In this document: one piece after another, positions 30,980 through 50,105 of the stretch
Layout: every line of letters starts with the position of its first letter
Numbering within the stretch: position 1 is the stretch's first letter
NCBI GenBank assembly: GCA_964016885.1
Contig: OZ024741.1
Location: forward strand, 85,064,001 to 85,128,000
Reading direction: 5' to 3'
DNA from: Eledone cirrhosa
Lineage: Eukaryota
Length of the DNA stretch: 64,000 nucleotides
The notes under the pieces: generated by a model
What the model was told of the DNA's origin: nothing
What the model saw: the letters and a program-made list of their open reading frames with translations, nothing else
The model's database searches: none
Translations under genes and position numbers: made by a program

Positions 30980-31529
30980 ATTAGTAAAAGGAAAAGAAAA
31001 TACTGACAAATTTTTCCCAGTGAAAAATAGTTTAATTAGATATAAGTCAAAATTAGTAATAAGTATTGGTTAGTATTCAGTTTTAGTTTTAAGTTTATAC
31101 CGGTTGCGCATTTCTAATGCTTTTCAAAAATAATTTTGAGATAGAGCGCCCGTGATGTTTGCTCTAATCTGATCAGTTTTGGAAATTCTACCTATTTTAT
31201 GTGAAAAAAGTGGCTCCAGAGTTATTAAGATTTGGTTGATAGTTGAATGTCACGTGAATGAGTACTATAAATTTCGCGCCAATTCGTGTTGCAAAAATTC
31301 TTGTAGTCAAAACAATTTTGATTGGTCGTTAGAGGTCACGTGAATGTTAAAAATTGATTTTGCGCCAAATGTAGGTTTGAGAAGTCACTGAAAAATAAGT
31401 GTTTTAAGACAAATATGTGTGGTGTGTGTGTAGTAAAGAGGTTCATTGTTGTGATAATGGTCAGTAGGCATGTGTGTGTGAATTGCAGTCATGTTGAAAG
31501 GTCAACAGTTCAGGCGTCTATTAAGACAA

Positions 31530-31625
<96 letters not shown>

Positions 31626-31765
31626 CAGAATGGTTCGTGGTAGAGGGATTCGGTCAGTAGGAATGTATCTGTACGTGTGTGGGGGATATTATAACATGTT
31701 GAAAGATATTTTTCAGCTCTTGTCTTATACGGAGAAGTGTGTGTACGCGTGTGTATGTGTGTGTG

Positions 31766-31826
<61 letters not shown>

Positions 31827-33170
31827 ATGGACCAGTATTTTTGTGATACTGGTAGAAATGGTGTACATTATTCGATATTTTCAGTAATTTGCAAAAACGA
31901 TCCTCTCAAAAGAACATCAATAACATTAATAATAAAAGGGGTGAAATGATGTATAGTATTGTCATAACACAAAGGTATGTATGAGTGTCCAGATTGTACG
32001 TACTGCAAGGGGAATCCATTAGGCCCTGCCGTATGGGAATACTTGTGTACAAATATGTATGTGCCCATCAGTGTGCAATGCATGTGTGCGTATATGTATG
32101 TGTGTGTGTCGGCACGTTTATATCTATAGACATCAAAAGGTATGCGAATTTGTGTATATTTGTGTTGCACCGTAGAACATGTGTGTTTACGTATGTCATT
32201 GTGTTTATATGTGGATAGAAATGTATGTAGGATGTATGCTGATGTAGGTATGTATGTTGACGTGTATATGTTGTGGGTTCGTCTTAGGGAGAAGTGTTTA
32301 GACGGGGTCTGTATTTGTTAATAAAGTGAGATTGCTTGCTGATGCGCTGGGTGTGGGTGGCATTATCTTTAAATTTGTAGAGGGGAAAAATTCTAAAGTT
32401 AGGATGATTTTGGGCGGCACAGGTATCAATGTGTTAACTCAGTGGTATTTTTCTGTATTCCCGTATTTTAATTTGGGATCTATGGACAGTCATGCGTTGC
32501 CGGATGCTGTTTTGTGTCTGGCCTATGTATTGTTCTCGACAACCTGAGCAAGTTAATATATATATTAGATTTTCTGATGCGGATGTGAAATTGTGTTTTA
32601 CTATAAAACGTTGTCCTTCTTTGAAATAGAATTCCGAACCCTCTATTAGGTTGATGCATATGCCACAGTTGGGTCTATCGCATTTTTTTACTGTGGGTTT
32701 CGTTGTTGTGGTTGGCAGTACTTTGGCATGTGTTAGGATGTTTTTCATTGACTTAGAATGTCTTTTGCTCTTTATGATATCTTGTGTTCGAAGGATTTGG
32801 TTCATACTATGGTCCTTTTTAACACAGGGATGTCCTGGAGGATGGTGTCAAAGGCCTCATTGTTGAGGGGGTTATGTGTGGAGTTGTATGGAAGAGCTTT
32901 TAGTTTCGGTTGATTTACTTTAGGGTGTCTAAAATCATGGGTACTGAGTTTTACAGGCGAAAAAGGACACTCTTCGACAAACCTACATTTGGCGTAAAAT
33001 CAATTTTTATTCACGTGACCTCTACCGACCAATCAAAATTGTTTTGACTACAAGAATTTTTGCAACACGAATTGGCGCGAAATTTATAGTACTCATTCAC
33101 GTGACATTCAGCTATCAACCAAATCTTAATACCTCTGGAGCCACTCTTTTCACATAAAACCAGTAGAAAT
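30980..33170 (-). mobile_element. 5'-truncated Neptune-type PLE plus inverted 3'UTR piece
   Basis: GIY-YIG remnant ~32284-32953 and 3'UTR on the minus strand; 32976-33170 is an inverted copy of 3'UTR sequence. Confidence 0.88.
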
Positions 33171-33176
33171 GTACGT

Positions 33177-34053
<877 letters not shown>

Positions 34054-34147
34054 GTATATATATATATATATATATATATATACGTATATATATATATATA
34101 TATATATACGTATATATATATATATACGTATTTATATATATATACAT

Positions 34148-34184
<37 letters not shown>

Positions 34185-34207
34185 CGTATTTATATATATA
34201 TACATAT

Positions 34208-34242
<35 letters not shown>

Positions 34243-34294
34243 CGTATTTATATATATATACTATATATATATATATACGTATATATATATATAC

Positions 34295-34348
<54 letters not shown>

Positions 34349-34460
34349 GCATATATATATATATATATATATACGTATATATATATATATATATATATAC
34401 GTATATATATATGTATATATATATACGTATATATATATATATATACGTATATATATATAC

Positions 34461-34546
<86 letters not shown>

Positions 34547-34606
34547 GTATATATATATGTATATAGTTTAGCGAGGTTTTTTATATGAAATCGTGTGTCG
34601 AAATAA

Positions 34607-35000
34607 ATATTGTTATACTTGGGGAGGGTCATATTTATGTAATATTGCCAGAATTAATAACAGAACACACTCACTGTTTGGTTTTTCAGAGACTGAATAA
34701 AAAATGGCGTAGACATACAACACAACAGGAGGAAAAAAAATATAACACCACTGACGATGTTGCAGATGTGCAACGAAGGATTTATGTAAATTATGTAAAC
34801 TATATATATGTGTTTGTGTCTATATTGTATCTGTATTATTTTTGACCGTCGGTCAGTCAATGGCAACATTGAGGACCGAGTAAGTTAGATCGCAGATATA
34901 AAAGACAGCGAGAAGCGAAAACCAACCAAACAGTGAGTGTGTTCTGTTATTAATTCTGGCAATATTACACAAATATGACCCTCCCCAAGTATAACAATAT
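34607..35000. repeat. ~78-bp inverted repeats around a ~240-bp core, inside (TA)n
   Basis: ~34607-34684 is the reverse complement of ~34924-35000. Confidence 0.85.
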
Positions 35001-35079
35001 ATGTATATATATATACGTATATATATATGTATATATATATACGTATATATATATATATATATACGTATATATATATACG

Positions 35080-35123
<44 letters not shown>

Positions 35124-35168
35124 CGTATAAATATATATATATACGTATATATATGTATATATATATAC

Positions 35169-35260
<92 letters not shown>

Positions 35261-35310
35261 GTATATATATATATATATATACGTATATATATATCCGTAT
35301 ATATATATAC

Positions 35311-35342
<32 letters not shown>

Positions 35343-35399
35343 GTATATATATATACGTATATATATATATACATACGAATATATATATATATATATACG

Positions 35400-35431
<32 letters not shown>

Positions 35432-35457
35432 TATACGTATATATATATATATATACG

Positions 35458-35490
<33 letters not shown>

Positions 35491-35647
35491 GTATATATAT
35501 ATATATATACGTATAATATATATATATATATATATATATACATACGTATATATATATATATATATATATAACAAAGGTAATGTAGTAAGGAACCAGGTGG
35601 ACCAGAACGCACCAAAGTACTCAATACTTAGGGTAGTAGAGTGGGTA

Positions 35648-35883
<236 letters not shown>

Positions 35884-35899
35884 GTATATATATATATAT

Positions 35900-36738
35900 T
35901 AGAAAGTGAGATTTTTTTACAAAATGAAAAATAACCGAGGTGTCCTACACGAGTGAAAGTATAAAGAAAAAGAGATGAAATCGAAAATGCAACTGGAGTC
36001 TTATTTTTTTTTTAAATATATATATTTATTTGGTTCCTTTACCGGTTTCGCATTTCTTCTGTTTTTCAAAAGGTGAGTTGAGATGGAGGGTCTGTGGTTT
36101 TTCTCACATCTGCTTGGTCTCTGAATGTTACTTGTTTTATATGGAAAAAGTGGCTCGAAATGCCAGGTTTTTCTAGAAGTAATTTGATTGGTTTGTCAAT
36201 AATTATAATAAATTTCGCGCCAAATAAGAGGGGGGGGGTTGTCACAGGTTTTTCTTTCATATATGAGTGTTTGAATTTCTTTTTACTTGAAAAAAGGGGC
36301 TCACGAAGGCATTTTTTTTTTTTTGGTTGGTTATAAATGAAATTATGGTTGTCACGTGAACAAGTTTTCATTAAATTTTCGTGCCCTTATTTGGAAATCC
36401 ATTCTGTAGCCTTTTTAGAGAATTTTATAAGTGAAAGATAATTGTTTCTACTTTAGGCACAAGGCCAGCAATTATCCAGTACATTACTGGTACTTTATTT
36501 TATAGACCCCGTAAAGTTAACCTCGGCGGGATTTGAACTCAGACTGTAAAGGGATGTATCTATGCTAGAAAGCATGGCGTTCAACCCTCTACCGATACTG
36601 CAGATAATGGTCAAGAGAAAGGGATGGGAGAATTGTTCTGGTTCAGTGAATATGGTTAGTTCGCTGGGGTGTCAGAATTCAGATTTTCTATTGAATAAAG
36701 AAAGTAAAGATATGTATGTTTATTTGTGTGCTTGTGTG

Positions 36739-36770
<32 letters not shown>

Positions 36771-36782
36771 CGTGTGTGTGTG

Positions 36783-36860
<78 letters not shown>

Positions 36861-37156
36861 AATTTCTTAACTTAAAAAAAGGTGGCTCACGAAGGCTTTT
36901 TTTTAATAAACGTGATTTGATTGGTTATAAATGAAATTTGGCTGTCACGTGAACAAGTTTTCATTACATTTTTGCGCCCTTATTTAGAAATCTATTCTGT
37001 AGCCTTTTTAGAGAATGTTATGACAAGGGAAAGATAGTGGTCAAGAGAAATGGGATTGGGAGAATTGTTCTGGTTCAGTGAATATGGTTAGTTCGCTGAG
37101 GTGTCAGAGTTCAGATTTTCTATTGAAGTAAAGTTATGTATGTTTCTTTGTGTGCT

Positions 37157-37193
<37 letters not shown>

Positions 37194-37453
37194 TGGAAGA
37201 TGATTCTATTAGTAGAAATGGGGGAGGGAGTTGTGCGTGTGTGTATGTGGGTGTTATGTGTGTGTGTGCGGGTATGTTAAGATGGAGAGAATATATATTT
37301 TGTGTGTGTGTATATATGTGTAGGAAAGTGGTTCTATTAGTAGAAATGGGGGAGGGAGTTGTTGGTGTGGGGGTTGTTATGTGTGTGTATGGGTGTTATG
37401 CGTGTGGGAGTATGGTTAGCATGTTAAGATGAAGAGAATATATATATATATAT

Positions 37454-37524
<71 letters not shown>

Positions 37525-38066
37525 GGAAATGATTCCTTTAGTAGGAATATTTTTGAATGAACATATTTTCCTTACTTATTCGTATTTGTTCTGTTGTATT
37601 GTCAGTGCAAACGTATGTTAAGGTTTATTTAGTTCGGGTTTTTATTTTCTAAAGTAGAAGGTGTTATGTGTGTGTGTATGTCATATTATGGTGTTGACAT
37701 AATGTATATTAAACCATATTTAATGCTGGTCTATATTTTTTGAATAAACAAATTTTCCTTATTTATTCGTATTTGTTCTGTTGTATTGTTAGCGCAAAGG
37801 TAAAATGGGAAGACTTGGAATTTAGGTGTCTTATTACTTGCGCAAATGTCTAGATGTGCACTTAGTGGTATCTGTCTCGTGGTTGGATCTCGTAATTGTT
37901 GGCGATGAACTGTCATTCTGTTTCTGAGTGTGAGTTTAGTTTGTCTTATATAATCTTCATTGCATCCTTTACATTTAATGGCATAAATTAGATTTTTTGA
38001 TGAGCAAGTGATGTGATTTTTTTACAGTAAAATTTTGTCCTGATTTAAATGTATACGTGTTTCCTT
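35900..38066 (-). mobile_element. Diverged Neptune-type PLE 3' fragment
   Basis: ORF 37731..37916 (RMTVHRQQ..IPLSAHLDICA..FQVFPFY) is homologous to the GIY-YIG tail of the 23-kb element; the 3'UTR has an internal duplication (~36.27-36.7 vs ~36.86-37.13 kb). Confidence 0.8.
36443..36601 (-). mobile_element. SINE family 1 insertion with 7-bp target-site duplication
   Basis: AGATAAT at 36436-36442 and 36602-36608; the duplicated UTR segment near 37030 lacks the insertion. Confidence 0.82.
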
Positions 38067-38227
38067 CAGCCGTACTAAGAGTGGGAAATGAAATTTCGTT
38101 TCATTTTTTCCGTTTATCGTTTTCGGTGCACCCGGCCGATTAACCCACTCGATATGCAAATTGGGCTTCTCAGCCGTTAATATGCATAAGGTAAGTATAT
38201 AGGTTCAACAATCTGGCAGGAAAGTAT

Positions 38228-38270
38228 ACGTTGCTGACGATAGCTAATAAGCTTGAAACTAGTACAGCGT
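38228..38270 (+). ncRNA. Minimal type I hammerhead ribozyme (family A)
   Basis: ACGTTG-CTGACGA-TAGCT AATA AGCTT-GAAA-CTAG-TA-CAGCGT; canonical core with GUA site after 38264. Confidence 0.85.
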
Positions 38271-38647
38271 TCCTTTGTCAGTGTTGAACAAACGAGCAAC
38301 GATGGTTGCTGGACACTACAGCTTAATACGGGATGTTTGTTTACAAACACACCGAGCATTATAATAAAGGTTCGGTGAATCCATACGTACATATATATAA
38401 GTGTGCATGTATGTATATATATATACATACTACTGTACGTCTGTATACATATATGTATGTACGTGTACATACTTATATTTAAGTAACAGCCGTACTAAGA
38501 GTGGGAAATGAAATTTCGTTTCATTTTTTCCGTTTATCATTTTCGGTGCACCCGGCCGATTAACCCACTCGATATGCAAATTGGGCTTCTCAGCCGTTAA
38601 TATGCATAAGGTAAGTATATACGTTCAACAATCTGCCAGGAAGGTAT

Positions 38648-38690
38648 ACGTTGCTGACGATAGCTAATAAGCTTGAAACTAGTACAGCGT
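38648..38690 (+). ncRNA. Minimal type I hammerhead ribozyme (family A)
   Basis: Identical to 38228-38270. Confidence 0.85.
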
Positions 38691-38912
38691 TCCTTTGTCA
38701 GTGTTGAACAAACGAGCAACGATGGTTGCTGGACACTACGGTTTAATACTTGATGTTTGTTTACAAACACACCGAGCATTATAATAAATGTTCGGTGAAT
38801 CCATACGTACATATATATATATATGTGTGCATGTAAGTATATATATATACATACTACTGTACGTCTGTATACATATATGTATGTACGTGTACATACCTAT
38901 ATATATTTATAC

Positions 38913-39017
<105 letters not shown>

Positions 39018-39350
39018 TTATACGTATATATATATATTTATACGTATATATATATACTTATACGTATATATATATACTTATACGTATATATATATATATT
39101 TATACGTACATATATATATATTCATACGTATATATATATTTATACGTATATATATATATATATATATTTATACGTATATATATATATATTTATACGTATA
39201 TATATATATATATTTATACGTATATATATATATATATTTATACGTATATATATATATATACGTATAAATATATATATACGTATAAATATATATATATATA
39301 CGTATAAATATATATATATATATATAAGTATAAATATATATATATATACG

Positions 39351-39426
<76 letters not shown>

Positions 39427-39457
39427 CGTATATATATATATATATATATATTTATAC

Positions 39458-39512
<55 letters not shown>

Positions 39513-39578
39513 CGTATATATATATATATATATATATATTTATACGTATATATATATATATATATATATATTTATACG

Positions 39579-39610
<32 letters not shown>

Positions 39611-39770
39611 CTTATATATATATATATATATTTATACGTATATATATATATTTATTTATACGTATATATATATATATTTATACGTATATATATATATATA
39701 TACGTATAAATATATATATACGTATAAATATATATATATATACGTATAAATATATATATATATATATACG

Positions 39771-39817
<47 letters not shown>

Positions 39818-39824
39818 TTATACG

Positions 39825-39858
<34 letters not shown>

Positions 39859-39860
39859 CG

Positions 39861-39894
<34 letters not shown>

Positions 39895-39985
39895 CGTATA
39901 TATATATATATATTTATACTTATATATATATATATATATTTATACGTATATATATATATATTTATACGTATATATATATTTATAC

Positions 39986-40053
<68 letters not shown>

Positions 40054-40057
<4 letters not shown>

Positions 40058-40916
40058 GTGGTTACACAACAGTTAGTTCACCATACTGAGAACAATTGTT
40101 TCACCTTAGCGGATCCTCAGCTCGTAATGGGCATGGTTATACGGAACAGGAAGGACAACCGTACAAACGCGCATGCGCAGAAACACGTCACTTCATACAG
40201 GCAATACTAAAATGCATGCGAGATGTGTAAGAGAGATAACTGCGAAAGTCCGAAATATTTTTAGTTGATAAGAAAATTATGATGTTACAATGATTCTATC
40301 CGGGGCTTTGTAGTTATTCAATAGGTGTTTCGAGACGTGTGGACAACGTGTGAAAAATTCATTTCTCATGTTTAGGCAATCACTATTGCATAATCTCTTG
40401 AGAATATTTATTCATTCGTCAATACATAGTCCACACAACTGATTTCCCCTTGCGTAAGGCTTGGACTTAGTGATGGCTTTCCATTGAATGGAGTAGTCTA
40501 TACTTGAGTCCTTGAGGGACCATAAGTGGCTCGCGAATTTCGTGGTTGAATGTCTCTCCGGGTACCTTAGGCGACTGGTGGTTCAGGAAATGTTCCTTAA
40601 ATCGTCCCTCCGCCATGCCCACATAGGATTTGACCTCTTGTGGTTTGTTTGGTCGGTTGGAAGTGACCACAGCTTCATAAATTACAGCAGGTGTGTTGCA
40701 TTGCTGTTGAAGGTGGCAAGCTTCGGGCTTACGACAAGAGCACACTGGTGAGTTGTTGCTCCTAGGGCTGCTGGTGATGTGGGCCTTCATGTTCTTAGCG
40801 TAGGAGTATCCTAGTTTTACTTCGTGTCGGTTAATAATTGGGTGGTATTTATGACCTACGGGAAAGTGTCTATCTAAGAGGGCGAGAAATGTTTTGCCTA
40901 CATTGGTTTTAACGTT
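40054..40916 (-). mobile_element. 5'-truncated Nematis-type PLE (GIY-YIG end + pLTR)
   Basis: KTNVGKTFLALLDRHFP, CSCRKPEAC..C, VIYEA..YVGMAEGRFK; homologous to 51303-52250; frameshifted. Confidence 0.82.
40081..40130 (-). ncRNA. Type I hammerhead ribozyme in PLE terminus
   Basis: Minus strand CCATTACGAG-CTGAGGA-TCC GCTAA GGT-GAAA-CAATTG-TT-CTCAGTATGG; palindromic stem III, GUU site. Confidence 0.8.
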
Positions 40917-42738
40917 GTGGACGTGATGAGGGAAGAACTCTGTACCATTTACACTGAGGTCAGAGAGGAGGCACTGATAGAGAAAATCAGAAGTGTGGAG
41001 AGAGCGGTTGACAGATCTGGATGTAAGGAGAGCTGGATGATCATCAACGAGATCACAGGGAGGAAGAGAAGGTGTTCGAGTCAGATCCAGGGAACGGGGC
41101 CCGAGGATAGGTAGAGGAAATGGCTAGACCATTTTAGGACGCTACTAGGAGAGCCACCCTCCACAGCCCAGAGCACTGGGGAGATCAGGCGGCTGTTTGA
41201 GGAACTGGATGTTGAGACAGAGCCCTTCACCAGAGAGGAGCTTCAGAGAGCCAAGAAGAGGATCAAGGAGGGCAAGGCTCATGGAGAAGATGGAGTGGCA
41301 TCAGAGGTGATGAAGAGGTGTGATTTTGATGATATCATACTGGGGTTTCTGTAACGGGGCACTGGAGAAAGGAGTTGCCCCGAATCAGTGGAGGATCCAG
41401 TAACATCGTCTCAGTGCCAAAGAAGGGAGATCTCTCTAACACCGACAACTACAGGGGGATCTCACTAACGTCACTTGTGGCAAAGACCCTCAACAGGATG
41501 ATTCTTAACAGGATCCAGCCTGAGATGGAGAAGAAGCTCAGGGACAACCAGAACGGCTTCAGAGAGGGTAGATCATCCACCAATCACATCCTGATGCTGA
41601 GGAGGATATTAGAGGGAGCTAGAGCAAAGTGCCTTCCTGCGGTCATGGTTTTCATTGACTTTAGGAAGGCCTTTTATTCTGTGGACCGTTACTGCCTGAT
41701 GAAGATTTTACAGGCTTATGGAATCCCCAAGAAGATAGTGGACCTGATATCACTGCTCTACACCAACACCAAAGCGCAAGTCATTACACCTGATGGGATG
41801 ACAGAGTTCTTTGAGATACTGGCTGGAGTGCTCCAGGGAGATACATTGGCTCCCTACTTTTTTATCATCGTAGTGGACTATTGTATGCGCCTTGCACTGG
41901 AGAAATACCAGGACTCTGGCTTTACTGTGGCACCGGCTCAGAGCAGAAGAGTTAGGGCGAAAAAGGTATCGGATGCTGAATTTGCCGACGACATAGTTTT
42001 GGTGACAAATACAGTGAAGGAGGCAGAGGATTTGATGCGGGAGGTTGAGACTGTGTCGATGAGTGTGGGGCTGAGAATGAATGAGACTAAAACAAAATAT
42101 CTGGTAGAGAATGTTGAGAAGCCAGAAGGGATCACTAATGTAGGCGGGAAGCCGCTAGAATTGGTTGAGGGCTTCCTGTATTTGGGAGCAAAGATTGGGA
42201 ATACGGAAGATGATGTGGTTGAGAGGAAGAGCAAGGCCTGGGCGGCGTGCCACAGCTTGAGATCGGTGTGGAAGTCGGACCTTCGTAGACACCTGAAAAT
42301 CCGCCTCTTCATTGCTGTAGTGGAGTCTGTGCTGCTGTATAGGTCTGAGACTTGGACACTGACCAAGAAACTCACTCAGATGGTGGATGGGTGCTACACG
42401 AGATTTTGAGGATGGCTCTGAATATTAATCAGTATACACTGAGGATGAAAAACTCAGAGCTGTAAGGGAGCATCCCAAAAGTCAGCTCAAAAGTGACACA
42501 GAGGAGACTGAGGTTAGCTGGACATGCTCACCGACATCCAGAGTTGACATTGCACTCAGTGCTCCTTTGGGAGCCCCTACATGGACACACTAGAAGAGGA
42601 AGACCAAGATTAACGTATGTTGATGCCCTAAGGACAGACACTGGTCAGTTGGAGACGCAGGACATGGCAGCGATAATGAGGGACAGAGACCGCTGGAGAG
42701 AACTCGTCCATGGATCTCGGGAATTTTACCCGCCTTAG
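40917..42738 (+). mobile_element. 5'-truncated, decayed RTE/RTEX-type LINE (RT domain)
   Basis: NYRGISLTS, QNGFREGRS, FIDFRKAF, GVLQGDTLAP, FADD, RRLRLAGH..LLWEP..RGRP; frameshift and stops; ends at its stop codon directly in (TA)n. Confidence 0.88.
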
Positions 42739-42758
42739 ATATATATATATATATATAC

Positions 42759-42808
<50 letters not shown>

Positions 42809-42821
42809 GTATATACATATA

Positions 42822-42852
<31 letters not shown>

Positions 42853-42858
42853 GTATAT

Positions 42859-42961
<103 letters not shown>

Positions 42962-42999
42962 CATATATATATATATATGTATATACATATATATGTATA

Positions 43000-43292
43000 T
43001 ATTGGCGCAAAACTTATTTTAATACCGCTGGAGCCACTTTTTTAACATAAAAACAGGTAGAATTCCCAAAACTAATATGATCAGAGCAAATATCACGGAC
43101 GCTCTATCTCAAAATTATTTTTGAAAAGCATTAGAAATGCGCAACCGGTAAAACTTAAAACCAAAACTTAATACTAACCAATACAATTACTAATTCTCAC
43201 TTATTCCTAATTAAACTATTTTTCATTGTGAACAATTTGTCAGCATTTTCTATTCCGTTTACCAATATATAATAACTTGTGTGTTACACCTC
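43000..43292 (+). mobile_element. Isolated 3'-terminal piece of the Neptune-type PLE
   Basis: Reverse complement of ~44097-44397; faces it tail-to-tail across ~800 bp of (TA)n. Confidence 0.85.
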
Positions 43293-43303
43293 TATTCTTT
43301 TCA

Positions 43304-43334
<31 letters not shown>

Positions 43335-43422
43335 CATATATATGTATATACATATATATGTTTATACATATATATGTATATACATATATGTATATATATA
43401 TATATATATACATATATATATG

Positions 43423-43606
<184 letters not shown>

Positions 43607-43613
43607 TATATAC

Positions 43614-43672
<59 letters not shown>

Positions 43673-43679
43673 TATATAC

Positions 43680-43762
<83 letters not shown>

Positions 43763-43809
43763 TATATACATATATATATATACATATATATATAAATATA
43801 TATATATAC

Positions 43810-43908
<99 letters not shown>

Positions 43909-43922
43909 CATATATTTATATA

Positions 43923-43956
<34 letters not shown>

Positions 43957-43966
43957 CATATATTTA

Positions 43967-47633
<3,667 letters not shown>

Positions 47634-47636
47634 TAC

Positions 47637-47667
<31 letters not shown>

Positions 47668-47680
47668 CATATATATATAC

Positions 47681-47727
<47 letters not shown>

Positions 47728-47795
47728 CATATATATATACATATATATATGTATATACATATATATATATATACATATATATATACATATATATG

Positions 47796-47841
<46 letters not shown>

Positions 47842-47859
47842 TATATACATATATATATA

Positions 47860-48373
47860 TTTATTAAAATAACAAATTAAAGTTTAAGCAACGAATCGCT
47901 GCTTTCACCCTTAGCGGGATCTTCTGAAACTAAAAAAGTCAATCTGTGAACGCAGAAGTAAATATTTCAAAAAACGTTGCAACTGAAGTAAGGCAGGAAG
48001 ACGATACTTTGGTTCCCTGGCAAAGAACGGAAAAAAAACGAAAATAATACGTCATTATTTGGTGCAGTGAAAAGAATTACACGCGAAGACAAAACCACGT
48101 TTATGGTATAAATGAAGTCGTAGACTAATTTTCTATTAGGTGGTTCATGGAGATGTTCTCTGGAAATTATCGGACAAACCGAAGATAATACGTCATTATG
48201 TGGATCAATGAGAACAATTACACGCTAAGACTAAACCACGTAAATGGTATGACTGAAGTCGTAGACTAAAATTCTACTCAGGAAACCGAATGATTCTCGG
48301 CTTCAGAGTTAAGAATATAGTAAATAAAATACATAAATAAAGTAAATAAAATACATATATTTTTATATATACG

Positions 48374-48404
<31 letters not shown>

Positions 48405-49915
48405 TAAAATAACAGATTAAAGTTTAAGCAAAGAATCGCTGCTTTCACCCTTAACGGGATCTTCTGAAACTAACAAAGTCAATCTGTAAACGCAGAAGTG
48501 GATATTTCAAAAAACGTTGCGAACTGAGGAAGACAAGAAGACGATACTTTGGTTCGTGGAAACGTTCGCTGGCAAAGAACGTAAAAATACGAATAAAATA
48601 CGTCATTAATAGGAGCGGTGAAAAACAATTACGCGCAAAGACAGAACCACGTTAATGGTATAAAAGAGGTCGTAGACTAATGTTCTCTTAGGTGGTTCAT
48701 AGAGACGTTCTCTGGCAATGAACGAAAAAAAACGAAGATAATACGTCATAAGTGGACCGTGGAGAACAATAGCACGCAAAGACAAAACCACGTAAATGGT
48801 ATAGCAGAAGTCGTAGACTAAAATTCTAACTAGGAGACCGAATGAAACTCCGCTACAAAGTTAAGACCAAAGTAAATAAATACAATACAGAAGTAATAGA
48901 AATAAATAAATACATACACGCAAACAAATACGTACTTACACAAGCATACGCAAAACACTTACCATAGGTATACAAAACCACGCACATATAAATATGTGTG
49001 AGTGTGTATGCGTGTATACAAATAAATAAATAAATATATAAACGTATATAAATAAATAAATACATATATAACAAGCGCACACACATACCTACATGTAAAT
49101 ACACGAATGTTCGGAGACATAAGTCAACCAAAACATAAAGTACACATATACACACACCCTACATACGTACGAACCTGCATACTCACACATACTTGAAACT
49201 CCCGTATACACATAGCCAAGCCATATGTACCAGAATATATAAAATTATACGCCATAACATAAACAATCAAATATACGTACGAGAAGGTATACGTACCTTC
49301 ACAAAACATACGGGTAATATATACTTACCTATGCAAATAAGTAATGGTATAAACAAAACAGGCCCTGGAAATACTCTACGCCGCAGACCACATCTTAAAC
49401 AAAAACTCTGAGGCAGTTTCGGCTTGTAAACATAAATTGCGCAAAACTTTCCTGTAGTACAGCCCCACCTTATACCCTAGCGGATAGTACGATCTATACG
49501 TGGATATTTTACGTCTTGATGTGGGAGCTAAGTATATGTTTTGTTTATACCATTACTTATTTGCATAGGTAAGTATATATTACCCGTATGTTTTGTGAAG
49601 GTACGTATACCTTCTCGTACGTATATTTGATTGTTTATGTTATGGCGTATAATTTTATATATTCTGGTACATATGGTTTGGCTATGTGTATACGGGTGTT
49701 TCGCGTCTGTGTGAGTATGCAGGTTCGTACGTATGTAGGGTGTGTGTATATGTGTACTTCATGTTTTGGTTGACTTATGTCTCCGAACATTCGTGTATTT
49801 ACATTTAGGTATGTATGTGCGCTTGTTATATACGTATTTATTTATTTATATACGTTTATATATTTATTTATTTATTTGTATACACGCATACACACACACA
49901 CATATTTATATATAT
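47860..49915. mobile_element. Extremely truncated Nematis-type PLE with long inverted, tandem pLTR carrying family B HHRs
   Basis: 49362-49457 (+) reads ALEILYAADHILNKNSEAVSACKHKLRKTFL* (PLE C-terminus); ~48986-49360 and 49537-49912 are inverted repeats; HHR-like motifs on the minus strand at 47873-47946 and 48413-48486. Confidence 0.75.
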
Positions 49916-50026
49916 ATATATATAAGTATTGAAATTTCCGTTGGAAACAGAAAAGGTCATAGAAATGAAGAGTGCTCTATGTAAGTATCAGAGCAAAATT
50001 TAATGTATAAAAATCAATACAATATA

Positions 50027-50105
50027 ATTACCTCATTACCAGAGGTTTCCCGAATGAGGCGAATACGAAATAAACGACTTCATTCGTTCGTCAGACGAGG
50101 CAATA
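50027..50105 (-). ncRNA. Type I hammerhead in inverted pLTR
   Basis: Reverse complement of 53474-53553. Confidence 0.8.

Larger units (their letters stand above)
38067..38900 (+). repeat. Two tandem 420-bp units of HHR repeat family A
   Basis: Unit starts at 38067 and 38487; each unit has an octamer (38154-38161, 38574-38581) and an HHR. Confidence 0.95.

Noticed and set aside
38185-38198. AAG/GTAAGT splice donor as a family A feature
   Set aside because: Present in the 38-kb units only; the 30-kb and 63-kb units lack the GT at that position.
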